Below are positions 41,732 to 51,945 of a DNA stretch of 64,000 nucleotides, in pieces. Each line of letters starts with the position of its first letter. Position 1 is the first letter of the stretch. The translations under genes were made by a program, and so were the position numbers. This DNA comes from Selenomonas ruminantium. GTDB taxonomy: Bacteria > Bacillota > Negativicutes > Selenomonadales > Selenomonadaceae. The DNA lies in NCBI GenBank assembly GCA_015058655.1, contig SVBX01000017.1, forward strand, positions 144-64,143. Direction: 5' to 3'. The notes under the pieces are model-generated. The model was not told the origin of the DNA and did not search any database. It saw only the letters and a program-made list of their open reading frames with translations.

Positions 41732-42850
41732 CTAGTTATCCTCCGGTTTATCCGGCAGGTCATCGAAGCCTATGAACCAGGCAGCCGCGAAGCCGGCTGC
41801 ATAAGAGATGAGAAGTCCTATGAGATAAAGGTGAATCTTGTTGGAGGCCAGAGCCAGGGGCAGGCCGGAAATGCCGCTGGCGGCAGCTCCCACTGCATAG
41901 TAGGACTGCCAGGCTCCCCCGCAGGCGCCGCCGAGACAGGCGGCCAGGAAGGGACGCCCCAGGGGCAGGGTCACGCCATAGATCAGGGGTTCGCCTATGC
42001 CCAGGATGCCTACGGGGAGAGCCGAGAGAACGGCTTTCTTCAGCCGCTTGTTCTTAGTTTTGACCAGGACGGCGATGCTTGCTCCCACCTGCCCTGCCCC
42101 CGCCATGGCCAAGATGGGCAGGAGCAGGGTGACGCCGTAGCGTGAGATCAGCTCCGAGTGGATGGGGGCCAGGGTTTGGTGAATGCCCATCATGACCATG
42201 GGCAGGAAGGTGCCGGAGAGCAGAAAGCCGGTAATGAGGCTTCCTTCGTGGATGACCTTCACTGCCATATCTGCTACGGTGAAGGCAATCAGCCCTGCAA
42301 AGGGCTGGAGGAAAAATATGGCAAAGAAAGCGGCGGTCAGGTAGGTGAGCAGGGGAGTCAGCAGCAGGTTCAAGGAACTGGGGATGACTTTTTTCAGCTG
42401 CCTTTCCACCATGGCTCCGAGAACTGCCACCAGGAACACGGATATGACGCCGCCCCTGCCGGGGGTGAGGGGGTAGCCGTTCAGGGTGATGGAGGCCAGG
42501 TTCGGATGGCTGATCAGCGCGCCCAGGATACCTCCCAGGACGGGAGTGCCGCCGAATTCCCTGGCAGAGTTGAAGCCCACGAAGATATTGATGCCCCAGA
42601 AAGCAGTGTTGCCCACTACGGCCAGCAGCTGGAAAAGATTGTTGCCCTCCAGTACGGGATAGTTGTAGCGGGCTATGTTCAAACCGCTGGTGATGAGGCC
42701 GCAGGCAATGAGGGCGGGCACCAGGGGAAGGAAGATGGCGCTCAGCCTCAGCAGGAATTTGCTGAAGGGACGGTCAGGAGCAACAGGAAGGATTTCCTGG
42801 GGGGACTCGCCGGGGGCGAGAGGCCGGCGGGCGAGGTCGCGTAGTTTCAT
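41732..42850 (-). CDS. PTS EIIC component (MurNAc-type by context; no EIIB domain seen)
   Basis: 372-aa polytopic protein between murQ and mupG. Confidence 0.75.
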   Translation of the reverse strand: MKLRDLARRPLAPGESPQEILPVAPDRPFSKFLLRLSAIFLPLVPALIACGLITSGLNIARYNYPVLEGNNLFQLLAVVGNTAFWGINIFVGFNSAREFGGTPVLGGILGALISHPNLASITLNGYPLTPGRGGVISVFLVAVLGAMVERQLKKVIPSSLNLLLTPLLTYLTAAFFAIFFLQPFAGLIAFTVADMAVKVIHEGSLITGFLLSGTFLPMVMMGIHQTLAPIHSELISRYGVTLLLPILAMAGAGQVGASIAVLVKTKNKRLKKAVLSALPVGILGIGEPLIYGVTLPLGRPFLAACLGGACGGAWQSYYAVGAAASGISGLPLALASNKIHLYLIGLLISYAAGFAAAWFIGFDDLPDKPEDN

Positions 42851-42878
42851 TAGTCGGTGCTCCTTTCTTTGGCTTTGG

Positions 42879-43796
42879 TTATTCTCCCAGAGGGGAGGGC
42901 TTCAGGGCTGCTGCCAGCCTGCCCTGGGAGAGCCCCAGGCGCAGCCTTCCTTCGGCAGGGGTGCAGCCGGTGAGGGCAATGAGGATGGCAAGCTTGGTCT
43001 GCCCTCCGGCTTTCATGAGAGCCGCTTCAGCTTCCTTGCGGGAGGTTTCAGTGGCTGCCATGACGATGCGCAGGGCGCGCTCGGCAAGCTTTTCGTTAGT
43101 GGCTTTCACATCCACCATGAGGTTGCCGTAGACCTTGCCCAGTTTCACCATGGTGCCGGTGGAAATCATGTTCAGCACCATTTTTTGGGCAGTGCCGGCC
43201 TTCATGCGGGTGGAGCCGGTAATGACCTCCGGGCCGGTGATGGGCAGCAGGGCGATATCTGCAAGTTCTGCGATTTCCGCTTTTTCCGTGCAGGCCAGGG
43301 CAATGGTGGCGGCGCCCAGCTCCCTGGCGTAGGCGAGGGCTCCTTTGACATAGGGGGTGCGGCCGGAGGCGGCGATGCCCACCAGTACATCCCGGGCAGC
43401 GAAGCCGGCTTCTTCAAGGTCGGCGCGTCCCAGCTCCGGGTCATCTTCTGCGCCTTCTTTGGCCCGGAAGATGGCGGTGGCGCCGCCTGCTATGAGTCCC
43501 TGCACCAGCTCGTAATCGGTGCCGTAGGTGGGAGGGCATTCCACTGCGTCCAGGATGCCCAGTCGGCCGGAGGTACCTGCTCCTATGTAGAAAAGGCGGC
43601 CGTCTTTCTGCAGGCGGGCGGTGATTGCATCTACTGCTTTGGCGATTTCCGGCAGGATCTTGCCTACAGCTTCGGCTACTTTCTTGTCTTCGGCGTTTAT
43701 GACAGACAGCATTTCCTCCGTCTCCAGCTCGTCGATGCGCATGGTGGCGGGGTTCCTCTGTTCGGTAGTGAGTTTTTCCAGTTCGATCACATGCAT
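42879..43796 (-). CDS. murQ: N-acetylmuramic acid 6-phosphate etherase
   Basis: SIS domain with LTTEQRNPATMRIDE..., GAGTSGRLG and the full-length MurQ pattern. Confidence 0.9.
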   Translation of the reverse strand: MHVIELEKLTTEQRNPATMRIDELETEEMLSVINAEDKKVAEAVGKILPEIAKAVDAITARLQKDGRLFYIGAGTSGRLGILDAVECPPTYGTDYELVQGLIAGGATAIFRAKEGAEDDPELGRADLEEAGFAARDVLVGIAASGRTPYVKGALAYARELGAATIALACTEKAEIAELADIALLPITGPEVITGSTRMKAGTAQKMVLNMISTGTMVKLGKVYGNLMVDVKATNEKLAERALRIVMAATETSRKEAEAALMKAGGQTKLAILIALTGCTPAEGRLRLGLSQGRLAAALKPSPLGE

Positions 43797-44009
43797 TAGC
43801 TCCCTTATGATTTTAGTTATTCGCCTTCAATCAGGCTAAATCCTATCATAGTATAACATAAATATGCTGATACCTTCTCAGAATGCGTAATTGTCTTATT
43901 TTTTTTAAGATAGAACCTTATTCGTTTTGCATTGACAGTCTTAGTACCTACTTATATAATCAATGTATTATTCATCAATTTTTCATATCAGCAGAAAGGA
44001 TGTATTGCT

Positions 44010-45548
44010 TTGTTCCTCATAGCACTCTCACCGATTCTCTGGCTGGTTATCGCCCTGTCTGTACTGCATATGCCGGCGCATAAGGCTTGCTCGGCAGCTC
44101 TCATCATCGCGATTGCGGCAGCCATGACCATGTTTGGCCTGGATGGCAAATTGGCGGCGGAGGCCGCCCTGGATGGCGTGGCTCTCGCCTGCTGGCCTAT
44201 CCTCTTGGTCATCATTGCAGCTATCTTCACTTACAACCTGGTGGTGCACACCAAAGGCATGGAGGTCATCAAGTCCATGCTGTCCTCGGTGAGCTCTGAT
44301 CGTCGTGCCCTGATTCTCCTCATCGGCTGGGGCTTCGGCGGCTTCCTGGAGGGCATGGCAGGCTTCGGTACTGCTATCGCTATCCCTGCGGGCATGCTGG
44401 CAGGCATCGGCATTCCTCCCGTCATGGCTGTGGGCGTCTGCCTCATCGCCAACTCTGTGCCTACGGCTTACGGCTCCATCGGTATCCCTCTGGTGACCCT
44501 GGGCAGCGTCACGGGTATTGATGCCACTACTCTGGCAGGCTTCACTTCCCTGCAGCTGGCACCTCTCACTCTCCTTTGCCCCTTCCTCATGACTATTGTT
44601 TCCGGCGAGGGCATGAAGGGCCTCAAGGGCATGGGCATCATGTGCCTGGCTGCAGGCCTGGCTTTCCTCATTCCTGAGTACCTCATCGCCAGCACCATGG
44701 GCCCCGAGCTGGCAGTAGTGGCCGGTTCCATCGGTGCCATGGCCGCCATCGTGGCCTGTGCCAAGATGTTCCCTGTGAATAATCCCGAGTATGAGATGCA
44801 TCCTGACCACACGGGCACCGAGGAGGAAGTTACCGCCGGCAAGGGACTGGTGGCCTGGCTGCCCTTCATCCTGATTTTCGTGTTCCTGCTGCTCACTTCC
44901 AAGCTGGTGCCGGGCATCCATGATCCCCTGTCTGCCATCAAGAGCTCCGTGCTCATCTATAGCGGCGAGGGCGGCACTCCCTATACCTTTACCTGGGTGA
45001 ATACTCCGGGCATCTTGATTTTCCTGGCAGCCTTCATTGGCGGCACTGTGCAGGGAGCCGGCATGGGCGAGATGCTGGGCGTGCTCAAGAAGACCGTGGT
45101 GAACCTGCGCTTCACCATTGTCACCATCATAACTGTCATTGCCACTGCCAAGGTCATGGACCACAGCGGCATGACCCTGGAACTGGCCCATACGGCGGTA
45201 GCTGTCACCGGCACCATGTATCCCATGGTGGCAGCCTTCATCGGCTCCATCGGCACTTTCATCACAGGTTCTGCCACTTCCTCCTGCGTGCTCTTCGGCA
45301 AGCTTCAGACGGGTTCTGCCCAGGCCATCGGCGCAAGCGAACAGGTGCAGGCCTGGATTGCGGCTTCCAATGCTACGGGAGCCTGCGCCGGCAAGATGAT
45401 TTCTCCCCAGAGCATCGCCATCGGTGTGGCTGCTATCGGGGCCAAGGGCATCGATGGGCAGCTGCTGCAGTTTGCTGTGAAGGTTTATCTTCCCTTCATC
45501 ATTGTGATGGGCTGCATCGTTTATTTTGGGCAGAGTCTGGTAGGATAA
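44010..45548 (+). CDS. lctP: L-lactate permease (LctP family)
   Basis: Polytopic LctP-type sequence. The start is uncertain; TTG 44010 behind AAAGGA was chosen. Confidence 0.8.
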   Translation: MFLIALSPILWLVIALSVLHMPAHKACSAALIIAIAAAMTMFGLDGKLAAEAALDGVALACWPILLVIIAAIFTYNLVVHTKGMEVIKSMLSSVSSDRRALILLIGWGFGGFLEGMAGFGTAIAIPAGMLAGIGIPPVMAVGVCLIANSVPTAYGSIGIPLVTLGSVTGIDATTLAGFTSLQLAPLTLLCPFLMTIVSGEGMKGLKGMGIMCLAAGLAFLIPEYLIASTMGPELAVVAGSIGAMAAIVACAKMFPVNNPEYEMHPDHTGTEEEVTAGKGLVAWLPFILIFVFLLLTSKLVPGIHDPLSAIKSSVLIYSGEGGTPYTFTWVNTPGILIFLAAFIGGTVQGAGMGEMLGVLKKTVVNLRFTIVTIITVIATAKVMDHSGMTLELAHTAVAVTGTMYPMVAAFIGSIGTFITGSATSSCVLFGKLQTGSAQAIGASEQVQAWIAASNATGACAGKMISPQSIAIGVAAIGAKGIDGQLLQFAVKVYLPFIIVMGCIVYFGQSLVG

Positions 45549-45786
45549 AGTTTCGGTTGTTCATTTTCTTTGGTGCAAAGAAAACGAACCAAAAGAAACA
45601 GCGGCTGCGATTTCATCCCTGAAATCGGACGGCCGCAGGACGCCCATCCATGGGCTGAAGTTTGAGTGGTTTTTGGTGGATCATGTGTCAACTGTGTCGA
45701 TACACGGGGGCAATTTGTTCTGAAAAAAATCTAAAAGGCACCCTCTGCCCGCCTGTTGTGCGGGGGGAGGGTGTTTTGCATTTTAT

Positions 45787-45835
45787 ACCATATATAGTAT
45801 GGTTATTGACAGCTAAATCCTAGATATTGTATAAT
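45787..45835 (+). promoter_or_regulatory. Promoter TTGACA-18-TATAAT with putative NrdR box(es)
   Basis: TTGACA at 45806-45811 and TATAAT at 45830-45835. The palindrome ACCATATATAGTATGGT (45787-45803) abuts the -35 element, and a weaker AT-rich box lies about 31 bp downstream. Confidence 0.5.
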
Positions 45836-45894
45836 TTCTCTACAGAAAGAGATAGGAAAGATAAGATAAACTGGAAGGAAAAGGTGACAAAGCT

Positions 45895-46182
45895 ATGGTA
45901 GTCAACGGCATTGATGTGACGGTGGAAGGTCTGGAGGATGTTTCTGAGCAGGAAATCCTGGGTTACATTGACTATGTGAAGGAGCATACCGATAACCGTC
46001 TGGGCAAGCTCTGCATTTCCGCTGCAGGGGATGGCAATGTGACACTCAACTACGCTTTGATGCCTCAGAAGTTTGAGCGCATCCGCCGCATCACGGGCTA
46101 TCTGGTGGGAACCATCGACCGTTGGAACGATGCCAAGCAGGCTGAGGAGCATGATCGGGTGAAGCATGGGGTAAGACACTGA
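45895..46182 (+). CDS. Stand-alone NrdD C-terminal glycyl-radical-domain-like protein (95 aa)
   Basis: FERIRRITGYLVGTIDRWNDAKQAEEHDRVKH matches the class III RNR glycyl radical loop (R..GY). There is no reductase barrel or Zn ribbon. It sits directly upstream of nrdG. Confidence 0.65.
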   Translation: MVVNGIDVTVEGLEDVSEQEILGYIDYVKEHTDNRLGKLCISAAGDGNVTLNYALMPQKFERIRRITGYLVGTIDRWNDAKQAEEHDRVKHGVRH

Positions 46183-46352
46183 ACGAGTCGGCATGCTAAG
46201 GCGTCCGGGACACAGGCATGGCAACGCTTCACTTGAGATTTTGCCTGCGGCAAAATTTCACATGTTGCGCTTATGCTATACCTGTGTCCCAAACTTGCTG
46301 GTTCATTATTAGGGCGTGTAATCAACACGCCCTAGGGAAAGGAGGGGAGACC

Positions 46353-46883
46353 ATGGCGGGAAATGAGTTGCGTATTGCGGGCACGGTAGATGATTCCATC
46401 GTGGATGGGGAAGGCCTTCGCTATACGATTTTCGTCCAGGGCTGTCCCCGTCGCTGCCCCGGCTGCCATAACCCTGAAACCCAGTGTTTCGAGGGGGGCA
46501 GGGTAGTGAGCACTGACGAGTTGCTGGCAGAGATTGAAGCTAATCCCTTGCTGACTGGGGTTACCTTCAGTGGCGGCGAACCCTTCATGCAGCCTGCTCC
46601 CTTGGTGGAAATCGCCAGAGCCTGCCACAAGCGTGGCCTGAGCATCTGGAGCTACACTGGCTTCACCCTGCAGGAGCTCCACGCCCGCCACGATACGGCG
46701 GTGGAGGCGCTGCTCTCTGAGGTGGATGTGCTGGTGGACGGGGATTACAGGGAAGCGGAAAGGGATCTCACCTTGAGGTTCCGCGGTTCCAGAAATCAAA
46801 GGGTAATAGATATGAAGGCCAGCAGGAAGCAGAAGCGGCTGGTGCTCCTTTATCAGGAAGAGACAAGCGAACAGAGCGCATAA
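46353..46883 (+). CDS. nrdG: Anaerobic ribonucleoside-triphosphate reductase activating protein
   Basis: VDGEGLRYTIFVQGCPRRCPGCHNPE radical-SAM cluster. Start at ATG 46353 behind AAAGGAGGGG. Confidence 0.9.
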   Translation: MAGNELRIAGTVDDSIVDGEGLRYTIFVQGCPRRCPGCHNPETQCFEGGRVVSTDELLAEIEANPLLTGVTFSGGEPFMQPAPLVEIARACHKRGLSIWSYTGFTLQELHARHDTAVEALLSEVDVLVDGDYREAERDLTLRFRGSRNQRVIDMKASRKQKRLVLLYQEETSEQSA

Positions 46884-46885
46884 GC

Positions 46886-46923
46886 AAATGGGTTTCTGCC
46901 ATGATGGCAGGAGCCCATTTTTC
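46886..46923 (+). terminator. Rho-independent terminator of nrdG
   Basis: AAATGGGTTTCTGCC-ATGA-TGGCAGGAGCCCATTT followed by TT. Confidence 0.75.
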
Positions 46924-46928
46924 AAATC

Positions 46929-46957
46929 TTGACAAAAATTATAAATTAAACTAATAT
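46929..46957 (+). promoter_or_regulatory. Sigma-70-type promoter TTGACA-17-TAATAT
   Basis: Exact -35 hexamer, a 17-nt spacer and a good -10 element, located about 25 nt upstream of the riboswitch P1 stem. Confidence 0.65.
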
Positions 46958-46982
46958 TTACATAGCAACTGAATATGATTGG

Positions 46983-47203
46983 GAACAGGTGTACTGCGGT
47001 ACTTAATAGGGAATCCGGTGCAAGCCGGAGCGGTCCCGCCACTGTAGGGTGGAGTCTTGCGCATTAAGGAACTGTAGCGAAATAAACCAGACCAGCAAGA
47101 TGTCTAGTTTATGAGTCTACAGTTCCTTGGTCACTGGGGTGGATATGCTCACCTTGGGAAGGCGCGCAGGATGATGAAGCCGAGCCAGGAGAACTGCCTG
47201 TTC
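46983..47203 (+). promoter_or_regulatory. Cobalamin (B12) riboswitch aptamer
   Basis: AATAGGGAATCCGGTGCAAGCCGGAGCGGTCCCGCCACTGT with the B12 box GCCACTG at 47038-47044. The 3' motif GCCAGGAGAACTGCC is present. P1 pairs GAACAGG with CCTGTTC. There is an inserted 12-bp hairpin AAGGAACTGTAG / CTACAGTTCCTT. Confidence 0.8.
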
Positions 47204-47310
47204 TGTCATCACCGTGGCGTGAGTCAGCTCACGCCGTACCTGCGAGCGATGGGTAGGGGATTGGGCTTAGGCTTGAGGCTTAGGGCTTTTGTTTGCTGTG
47301 GCTATTATTA

Positions 47311-47355
47311 GGCAATCCGTCTGCGCATTTGCAGGTGGGTTGCCTTTTCTGTTTC
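47311..47355 (+). terminator. Candidate riboswitch expression-platform terminator
   Basis: GGCAATCC...GGGTTGCC followed by TTTTCTGTTTC, just upstream of the mutA RBS. Confidence 0.55.
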
Positions 47356-47379
47356 TACCAATACAAAGGAGGCTGCAGT

Positions 47380-49572
47380 ATGAGCAATGAGCTGGAAAAA
47401 AGCAGCGAGCTTGACCTTCAGGCTATCCTGAAGAAGGCCGAGCAACAGACGGATTTTCCCGATGTGCCCCTGGACGAGTTCACCCCTCCCACCTATGAGG
47501 AATGGAAGGAAGCCTGCATCACGCTCCTGAAGGGAGCGCCCTTCGACAAGAAGATGTATACCAAGACCTATGAGGGTATCACCTTCGACCCCATGTATTT
47601 CCGCAAGGATACGGAGGATATCCTGCCCAAGGGGGAATTCCCCGGCATGGGGGATTACCTCAGGGGGGCGCAGCCCAGCGGCTATGTGGGCAAGCCCTGG
47701 GGCATTGCCCAGAGCTGCGATGAAACCCTGCCCAAGGAGAACAACGAGCTGCTGCGCCATGAGCAGGAGAAGGGCTCCACGGTCTACAACATCCGCCTGG
47801 ACAGGGCGACTCTCTCCGCCCGGGATGTGCGCAAGGCCGAAACTCCCGGTGACGAGGGCGTATCCCTCACTACTCTGGATGATGTGCATACCCTCCTTGA
47901 GGGGTTGAAACTGGATAAATATCCCCTGTATATCTACGCAGGGGCAACGGCTCTGCCCCTGCTCTCCCTGGTGGCCGGGGCCTTGAAGTCCTCTGGTACG
48001 GACATTGCTCAGCTCAAGGGCTTCGTAGGCGCAAATCCCCTGGGGGAACTGGCAGAGCAGGGCAAGCTGCCTGCCAAGCTGGAGCGGCTTTATGACGAAA
48101 TGGCAGAGGCTGCCAGATGGGCCGGCAAGCATGCGCCGGGATTGAAGACGGTCTTTGTCCGCAGCGATGTGTTCAGCCGGGGCGGCGGCAATGATGTGCA
48201 GGAGGCAGCCTATACCCTTTCCATGGCGGTGGCTTACCTGCGGGCTTTGCTGGACAGGGGGCTGACTATTGAGGAGGCAGCCGGGCAGATTGTCTTCGGC
48301 TTCTCCATGGGGGCCAATTTCTTCCTGCAGATTGCCAAGCTCCGGGCCCTGCGCCCGCTGTGGGCACAGATTGTGGAGGCCTTCGGGGGCAGCCAGGAGG
48401 CACGGCGCATGCACATCCATGCCCGCCCGGCCCTGTTCTTCAAGACGGTGTATGACCCCTATGTGAACATGCTTCGCAATACCACGGAAATCTTCTCCGG
48501 GGTGGTGGGAGGCATTGACTCCTTTGAAAGCTCTCCCTTTGATGAGCCTATCCGCAAGGGGGACGAGTTCTCCCGCCGCATTGCCCGCAATGTGCAGATC
48601 ATCCTGCAGGAGGAATTCGGCCTTTTGCAGCCCATAGATCCTGCCGGCGGTTCCTGGGCGGTGGAGACCCTTACCAAGCAGATGAAGGAAAAGGTCTGGG
48701 CAGAGTTCCAGGCTATCGAGGCCAAGGGGGGTATCCTGAAGGCTCTGGAGGAGGGCTATCCCCAGGAGGAAATCGGCAAGGTGCTGGCAGCCCGCTTCAA
48801 GGCAGCGGAGACCCGCAAAGACCGCATTGTAGGCAACAATATGTATCCCAATATGACGGAAACTCTGCTGGATCCCCGTCCCGAGGATGTGGAGGAGATC
48901 AAGAAGCAGCGCCGGGAGGCTGTGGAGGCCTATCTTTCCGACATTGACGAGCAGTTCAAGGAGGAAAAGCTGGCAGAGCTGTCTTCCGCCAAGGCAGATG
49001 TAGTGGAGGTTGCTGTGGCAGCTGCCTGTGCCGGCGCTACCCTTGAGGAACTGGCAGAAGCCCTTCACGGGGAGGACAAGAGCGAGGAGCAGGTAAAAGC
49101 CATTGAGCCCCATCGCTGGAGCGAGCGCTTTGAGGCCCTGCGTAAGACCACGGAGGATTACAAGGCAGAGCATGGGGAAAATGTGAAGATTTTCCTGGCC
49201 AATATGGGCCCCATACCCCAGCACAAGGCCAGGGCAGACTTTTCCACGGGCTTCCTGCAGGTGGGTGCTTTCGAAGTGCTAGGCAACAACGGCTTCAAGA
49301 CCGTAGAGGAAGCCGCCGAGGCTGCCAAGGCCTCCGGGGCTGATGCCGTGGTCATCTGCTCCACGGATGCCACCTATCCCGAGATCGTGCCGACCCTGGC
49401 GCCCAAACTCCATGAGGTGCTGCCTAAGGCCACGGTGTTCCTGGCAGGAGCGGCTCCCCAGGATATGCTGGAAACCTACAATCAGGCGGGCATCGATGAG
49501 TATATCCATGTCCGTGCCAACTGCTACCAGATCCTGCAGCTCCTGCAGAAGAAGAAAGGGATGATTGCATAA
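47380..49572 (+). CDS. mutA: Methylmalonyl-CoA mutase small (beta, non-catalytic) subunit
   Basis: Mutase fold lacking the DxHxxG B12 motif in its C-terminal domain. Start at ATG 47380 behind AAGGAGG. The stop overlaps the mutB start (ATAATG). Confidence 0.85.
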   Translation: MSNELEKSSELDLQAILKKAEQQTDFPDVPLDEFTPPTYEEWKEACITLLKGAPFDKKMYTKTYEGITFDPMYFRKDTEDILPKGEFPGMGDYLRGAQPSGYVGKPWGIAQSCDETLPKENNELLRHEQEKGSTVYNIRLDRATLSARDVRKAETPGDEGVSLTTLDDVHTLLEGLKLDKYPLYIYAGATALPLLSLVAGALKSSGTDIAQLKGFVGANPLGELAEQGKLPAKLERLYDEMAEAARWAGKHAPGLKTVFVRSDVFSRGGGNDVQEAAYTLSMAVAYLRALLDRGLTIEEAAGQIVFGFSMGANFFLQIAKLRALRPLWAQIVEAFGGSQEARRMHIHARPALFFKTVYDPYVNMLRNTTEIFSGVVGGIDSFESSPFDEPIRKGDEFSRRIARNVQIILQEEFGLLQPIDPAGGSWAVETLTKQMKEKVWAEFQAIEAKGGILKALEEGYPQEEIGKVLAARFKAAETRKDRIVGNNMYPNMTETLLDPRPEDVEEIKKQRREAVEAYLSDIDEQFKEEKLAELSSAKADVVEVAVAAACAGATLEELAEALHGEDKSEEQVKAIEPHRWSERFEALRKTTEDYKAEHGENVKIFLANMGPIPQHKARADFSTGFLQVGAFEVLGNNGFKTVEEAAEAAKASGADAVVICSTDATYPEIVPTLAPKLHEVLPKATVFLAGAAPQDMLETYNQAGIDEYIHVRANCYQILQLLQKKKGMIA

Positions 49573-51770
49573 TGGCTTACAACAATCCTGATTTCACCCA
49601 GATAAGCCTTAAAGATGCTCCCCAGGGGGCGGCAGGGGACTGGAAGAAGCTCTTTGAAGCCCAGGCCGGGGCAGAGTTTGAGGCCCTCACTCGCCGCACC
49701 ATGGAGCATGTGCCTGTAAAGCCCCTCTATGGCCATGACGAGTATGACCATATGAACCATCTGGACTTTGCCAGTGGCATTCCTCCCTGCCTGCGGGGGC
49801 CGTACTCCACCATGTATGTCTTCCGTCCCTGGACGGTGCGTCAGTACGCAGGCTTCTCCACGGCAGAGGAGTCCAACGCTTTCTATCGCAGGAATCTGGC
49901 AGCAGGCCAGAAGGGCCTTTCCATCGCCTTTGACCTGCCCACCCATCGCGGCTACGATGCGGACAATCCCCGGGTGGTGGGCGATGTGGGCAAGGCGGGT
50001 GTGTCCGTGTGCTCCATGCTGGATATGAATATCCTGTTCTCCGGCATACCCCTGGACCAGATGTCCGTGTCCATGACCATGAATGGGGCAGTGCTGCCCA
50101 TTCTGGCTTTCTTCATCCAGTCCGGCGTAGAGCAGGGGGTGGACAAGAAAATCATGGCCGGCACCATCCAGAATGATATCCTGAAGGAATTCATGGTGCG
50201 CAACACCTACATCTACCCGCCTGAAATGTCCATGCGCATCATCGGCGATATCTTCGAGTACACCACCAAGTACATGCCGAAATTCAACAGCATTTCCATT
50301 TCCGGTTACCATATGCAGGAGGCAGGGGCACCGGCGGATATCGAGCTGGGCTACACTCTGGCGGATGGCTTGGAGTACATCCGCACAGGCATCAAGGCCG
50401 GTCTGCCCGTGGATGCCTTTGCCAAGCGCCTGTCCTTCTTCTGGGCCATCGGCAAGAACTACTTCATGGAAGTGGCCAAGATGCGGGCTGCCCGTGTGCT
50501 TTGGGCCAAGATCGTCAAGTCCTTCGGGGCAGAGGATCCCAAGTCCATGGCGCTGCGCACCCACAGCCAGACTTCCGGCTGGTCCCTCACGGCCCAGGAT
50601 CCCTTCAACAATATTTCCCGCACGGCTATGGAGGCCATGGGGGCGGCTTTGGGTCATACCCAGTCCCTGCACACCAATGCGCTGGATGAGGCCATCGCCC
50701 TGCCTACGGACTTCTCCGCTCGCATTGCCCGCAATACCCAGCTCTACATTCAGGACGAGACCAGCGTCTGCAAGATCATCGATCCCTGGGGCGGCTCCTA
50801 CTATGTGGAGGCCCTTACCAACGAAATCATCCGCCGTGCCTGGGCGCATATCCAGGAAGTGGAGGCGCTGGGCGGCATGGCCAAGGCCATTTCCACGGGC
50901 CTGCCCAAGATGCGCATCGAGGAAGCGGCAGCCCGCCGTCAGGCCCAGATCGACTCCGGCAACGAGACTATCGTGGGCCTCAACAAGTACCGTCTGGAAA
51001 AGGAAGACCCCCTGGAAATCCTGGCCATCGACAACACCGCTGTGCGCAATGCCCAGGTGGAGCGCTTAGAGAAATTGCGTCGTGAGCGCAATGAGGACGA
51101 TGTGCGCCGGGCGCTGGAGGCCATCACCAAGGCGGCAGACAGCCGTGACAATGGCAACCTCCTGGAATGCGCCGTAGAGGCAGCCCGGGTCAGGGCATCT
51201 CTGGGCGAGATTTCCGATGCGGTGGAGAAGGTTTCCGGACGCTACCAGGCTGTGATACACACCATTTCCGGGGTCTATTCCTCTGAGTTCACGGATAAGA
51301 CAGAGCTGGACAAGGCCCGCAGCATGGCAGATGAGTTTGAAAAGCTCACAGGCCGCCGTCCCCGCATTTTCGTGGCCAAGATGGGCCAGGACGGCCATGA
51401 CCGTGGCCAGAAGGTCATCGCTTCTTCCTTCGCGGACATGGGCTGGGATGTAGATGTGGGGCCGCTGTTCCAGACCCCTGCCGAGACCGCCCAGGATGCG
51501 GTGGACAACGATGTGCACATGGTGGGCTTCAGCTCCCTGGCTGCAGGGCACAATACCCTGCTGCCCCAATTGGTGGAGGAGCTGAAGAAGCTGGGTCGCG
51601 AGGATATCATGGTGGCCATCGGCGGCGTCATTCCCGTGCAGGATTATGACAATCTCTATGAGCATGGGGCTGTGGCGATTTTTGCTCCGGGGACTAATAT
51701 TCCCGAGGCAGGTATTAAATTGCTGACTCTGCTGATGGACAGGGTTAAGGAAGAAATGGCAGAAGAATAG
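49572..51770 (+). CDS. mutB: Methylmalonyl-CoA mutase large (alpha, catalytic) subunit
   Basis: Full-length MCM pattern with the C-terminal B12-binding sequence [10 protein letters not shown]. Confidence 0.95.
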   Translation: MAYNNPDFTQISLKDAPQGAAGDWKKLFEAQAGAEFEALTRRTMEHVPVKPLYGHDEYDHMNHLDFASGIPPCLRGPYSTMYVFRPWTVRQYAGFSTAEESNAFYRRNLAAGQKGLSIAFDLPTHRGYDADNPRVVGDVGKAGVSVCSMLDMNILFSGIPLDQMSVSMTMNGAVLPILAFFIQSGVEQGVDKKIMAGTIQNDILKEFMVRNTYIYPPEMSMRIIGDIFEYTTKYMPKFNSISISGYHMQEAGAPADIELGYTLADGLEYIRTGIKAGLPVDAFAKRLSFFWAIGKNYFMEVAKMRAARVLWAKIVKSFGAEDPKSMALRTHSQTSGWSLTAQDPFNNISRTAMEAMGAALGHTQSLHTNALDEAIALPTDFSARIARNTQLYIQDETSVCKIIDPWGGSYYVEALTNEIIRRAWAHIQEVEALGGMAKAISTGLPKMRIEEAAARRQAQIDSGNETIVGLNKYRLEKEDPLEILAIDNTAVRNAQVERLEKLRRERNEDDVRRALEAITKAADSRDNGNLLECAVEAARVRASLGEISDAVEKVSGRYQAVIHTISGVYSSEFTDKTELDKARSMADEFEKLTGRRPRIFVAKMGQDGHDRGQKVIASSFADMGWDVDVGPLFQTPAETAQDAVDNDVHMVGFSSLAAGHNTLLPQLVEELKKLGREDIMVAIGGVIPVQDYDNLYEHGAVAIFAPGTNIPEAGIKLLTLLMDRVKEEMAEE

Positions 51771-51778
51771 TAAAGTAT

Positions 51779-51916
51779 AGCCTTCCCCTTGAGGGGAAGG
51801 TGCCCCGATAGGGGCGGATGAGGTGGAAAACTTTACAAGTTAAGCAAGCATGACGAGTCAGTAAAACACCTCATCCGTCAGCCCTTTGGACTGCCACCTT
51901 CCCCATAGGGAAGGCA
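51779..51916. repeat. Composite GC-rich palindromic (REP-like) element, second copy
   Basis: Same ends as 16312-16480: AGCCTTCCCCTTGAGGGGAAGGTGCCCCG.TAGGGGCGGATGAGGTGGA ... CACCTCATCCGTCAGCC.TT.GG.CTGCCACCTTCC. The centre differs. Confidence 0.8.
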
Positions 51917-51945
51917 TTTTATCTTCTTTTTGGGAGGGGGTACAG

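Noticed and set aside
47245-47300. Direct GGCTTAGG repeats downstream of the riboswitch aptamer as a separate regulatory repeat or small ORF (47111-47311).
   Set aside because: There is no hairpin or coding signal, and the ORF has no RBS and a low-complexity product. It is most simply part of the riboswitch expression platform and is mentioned under that finding.
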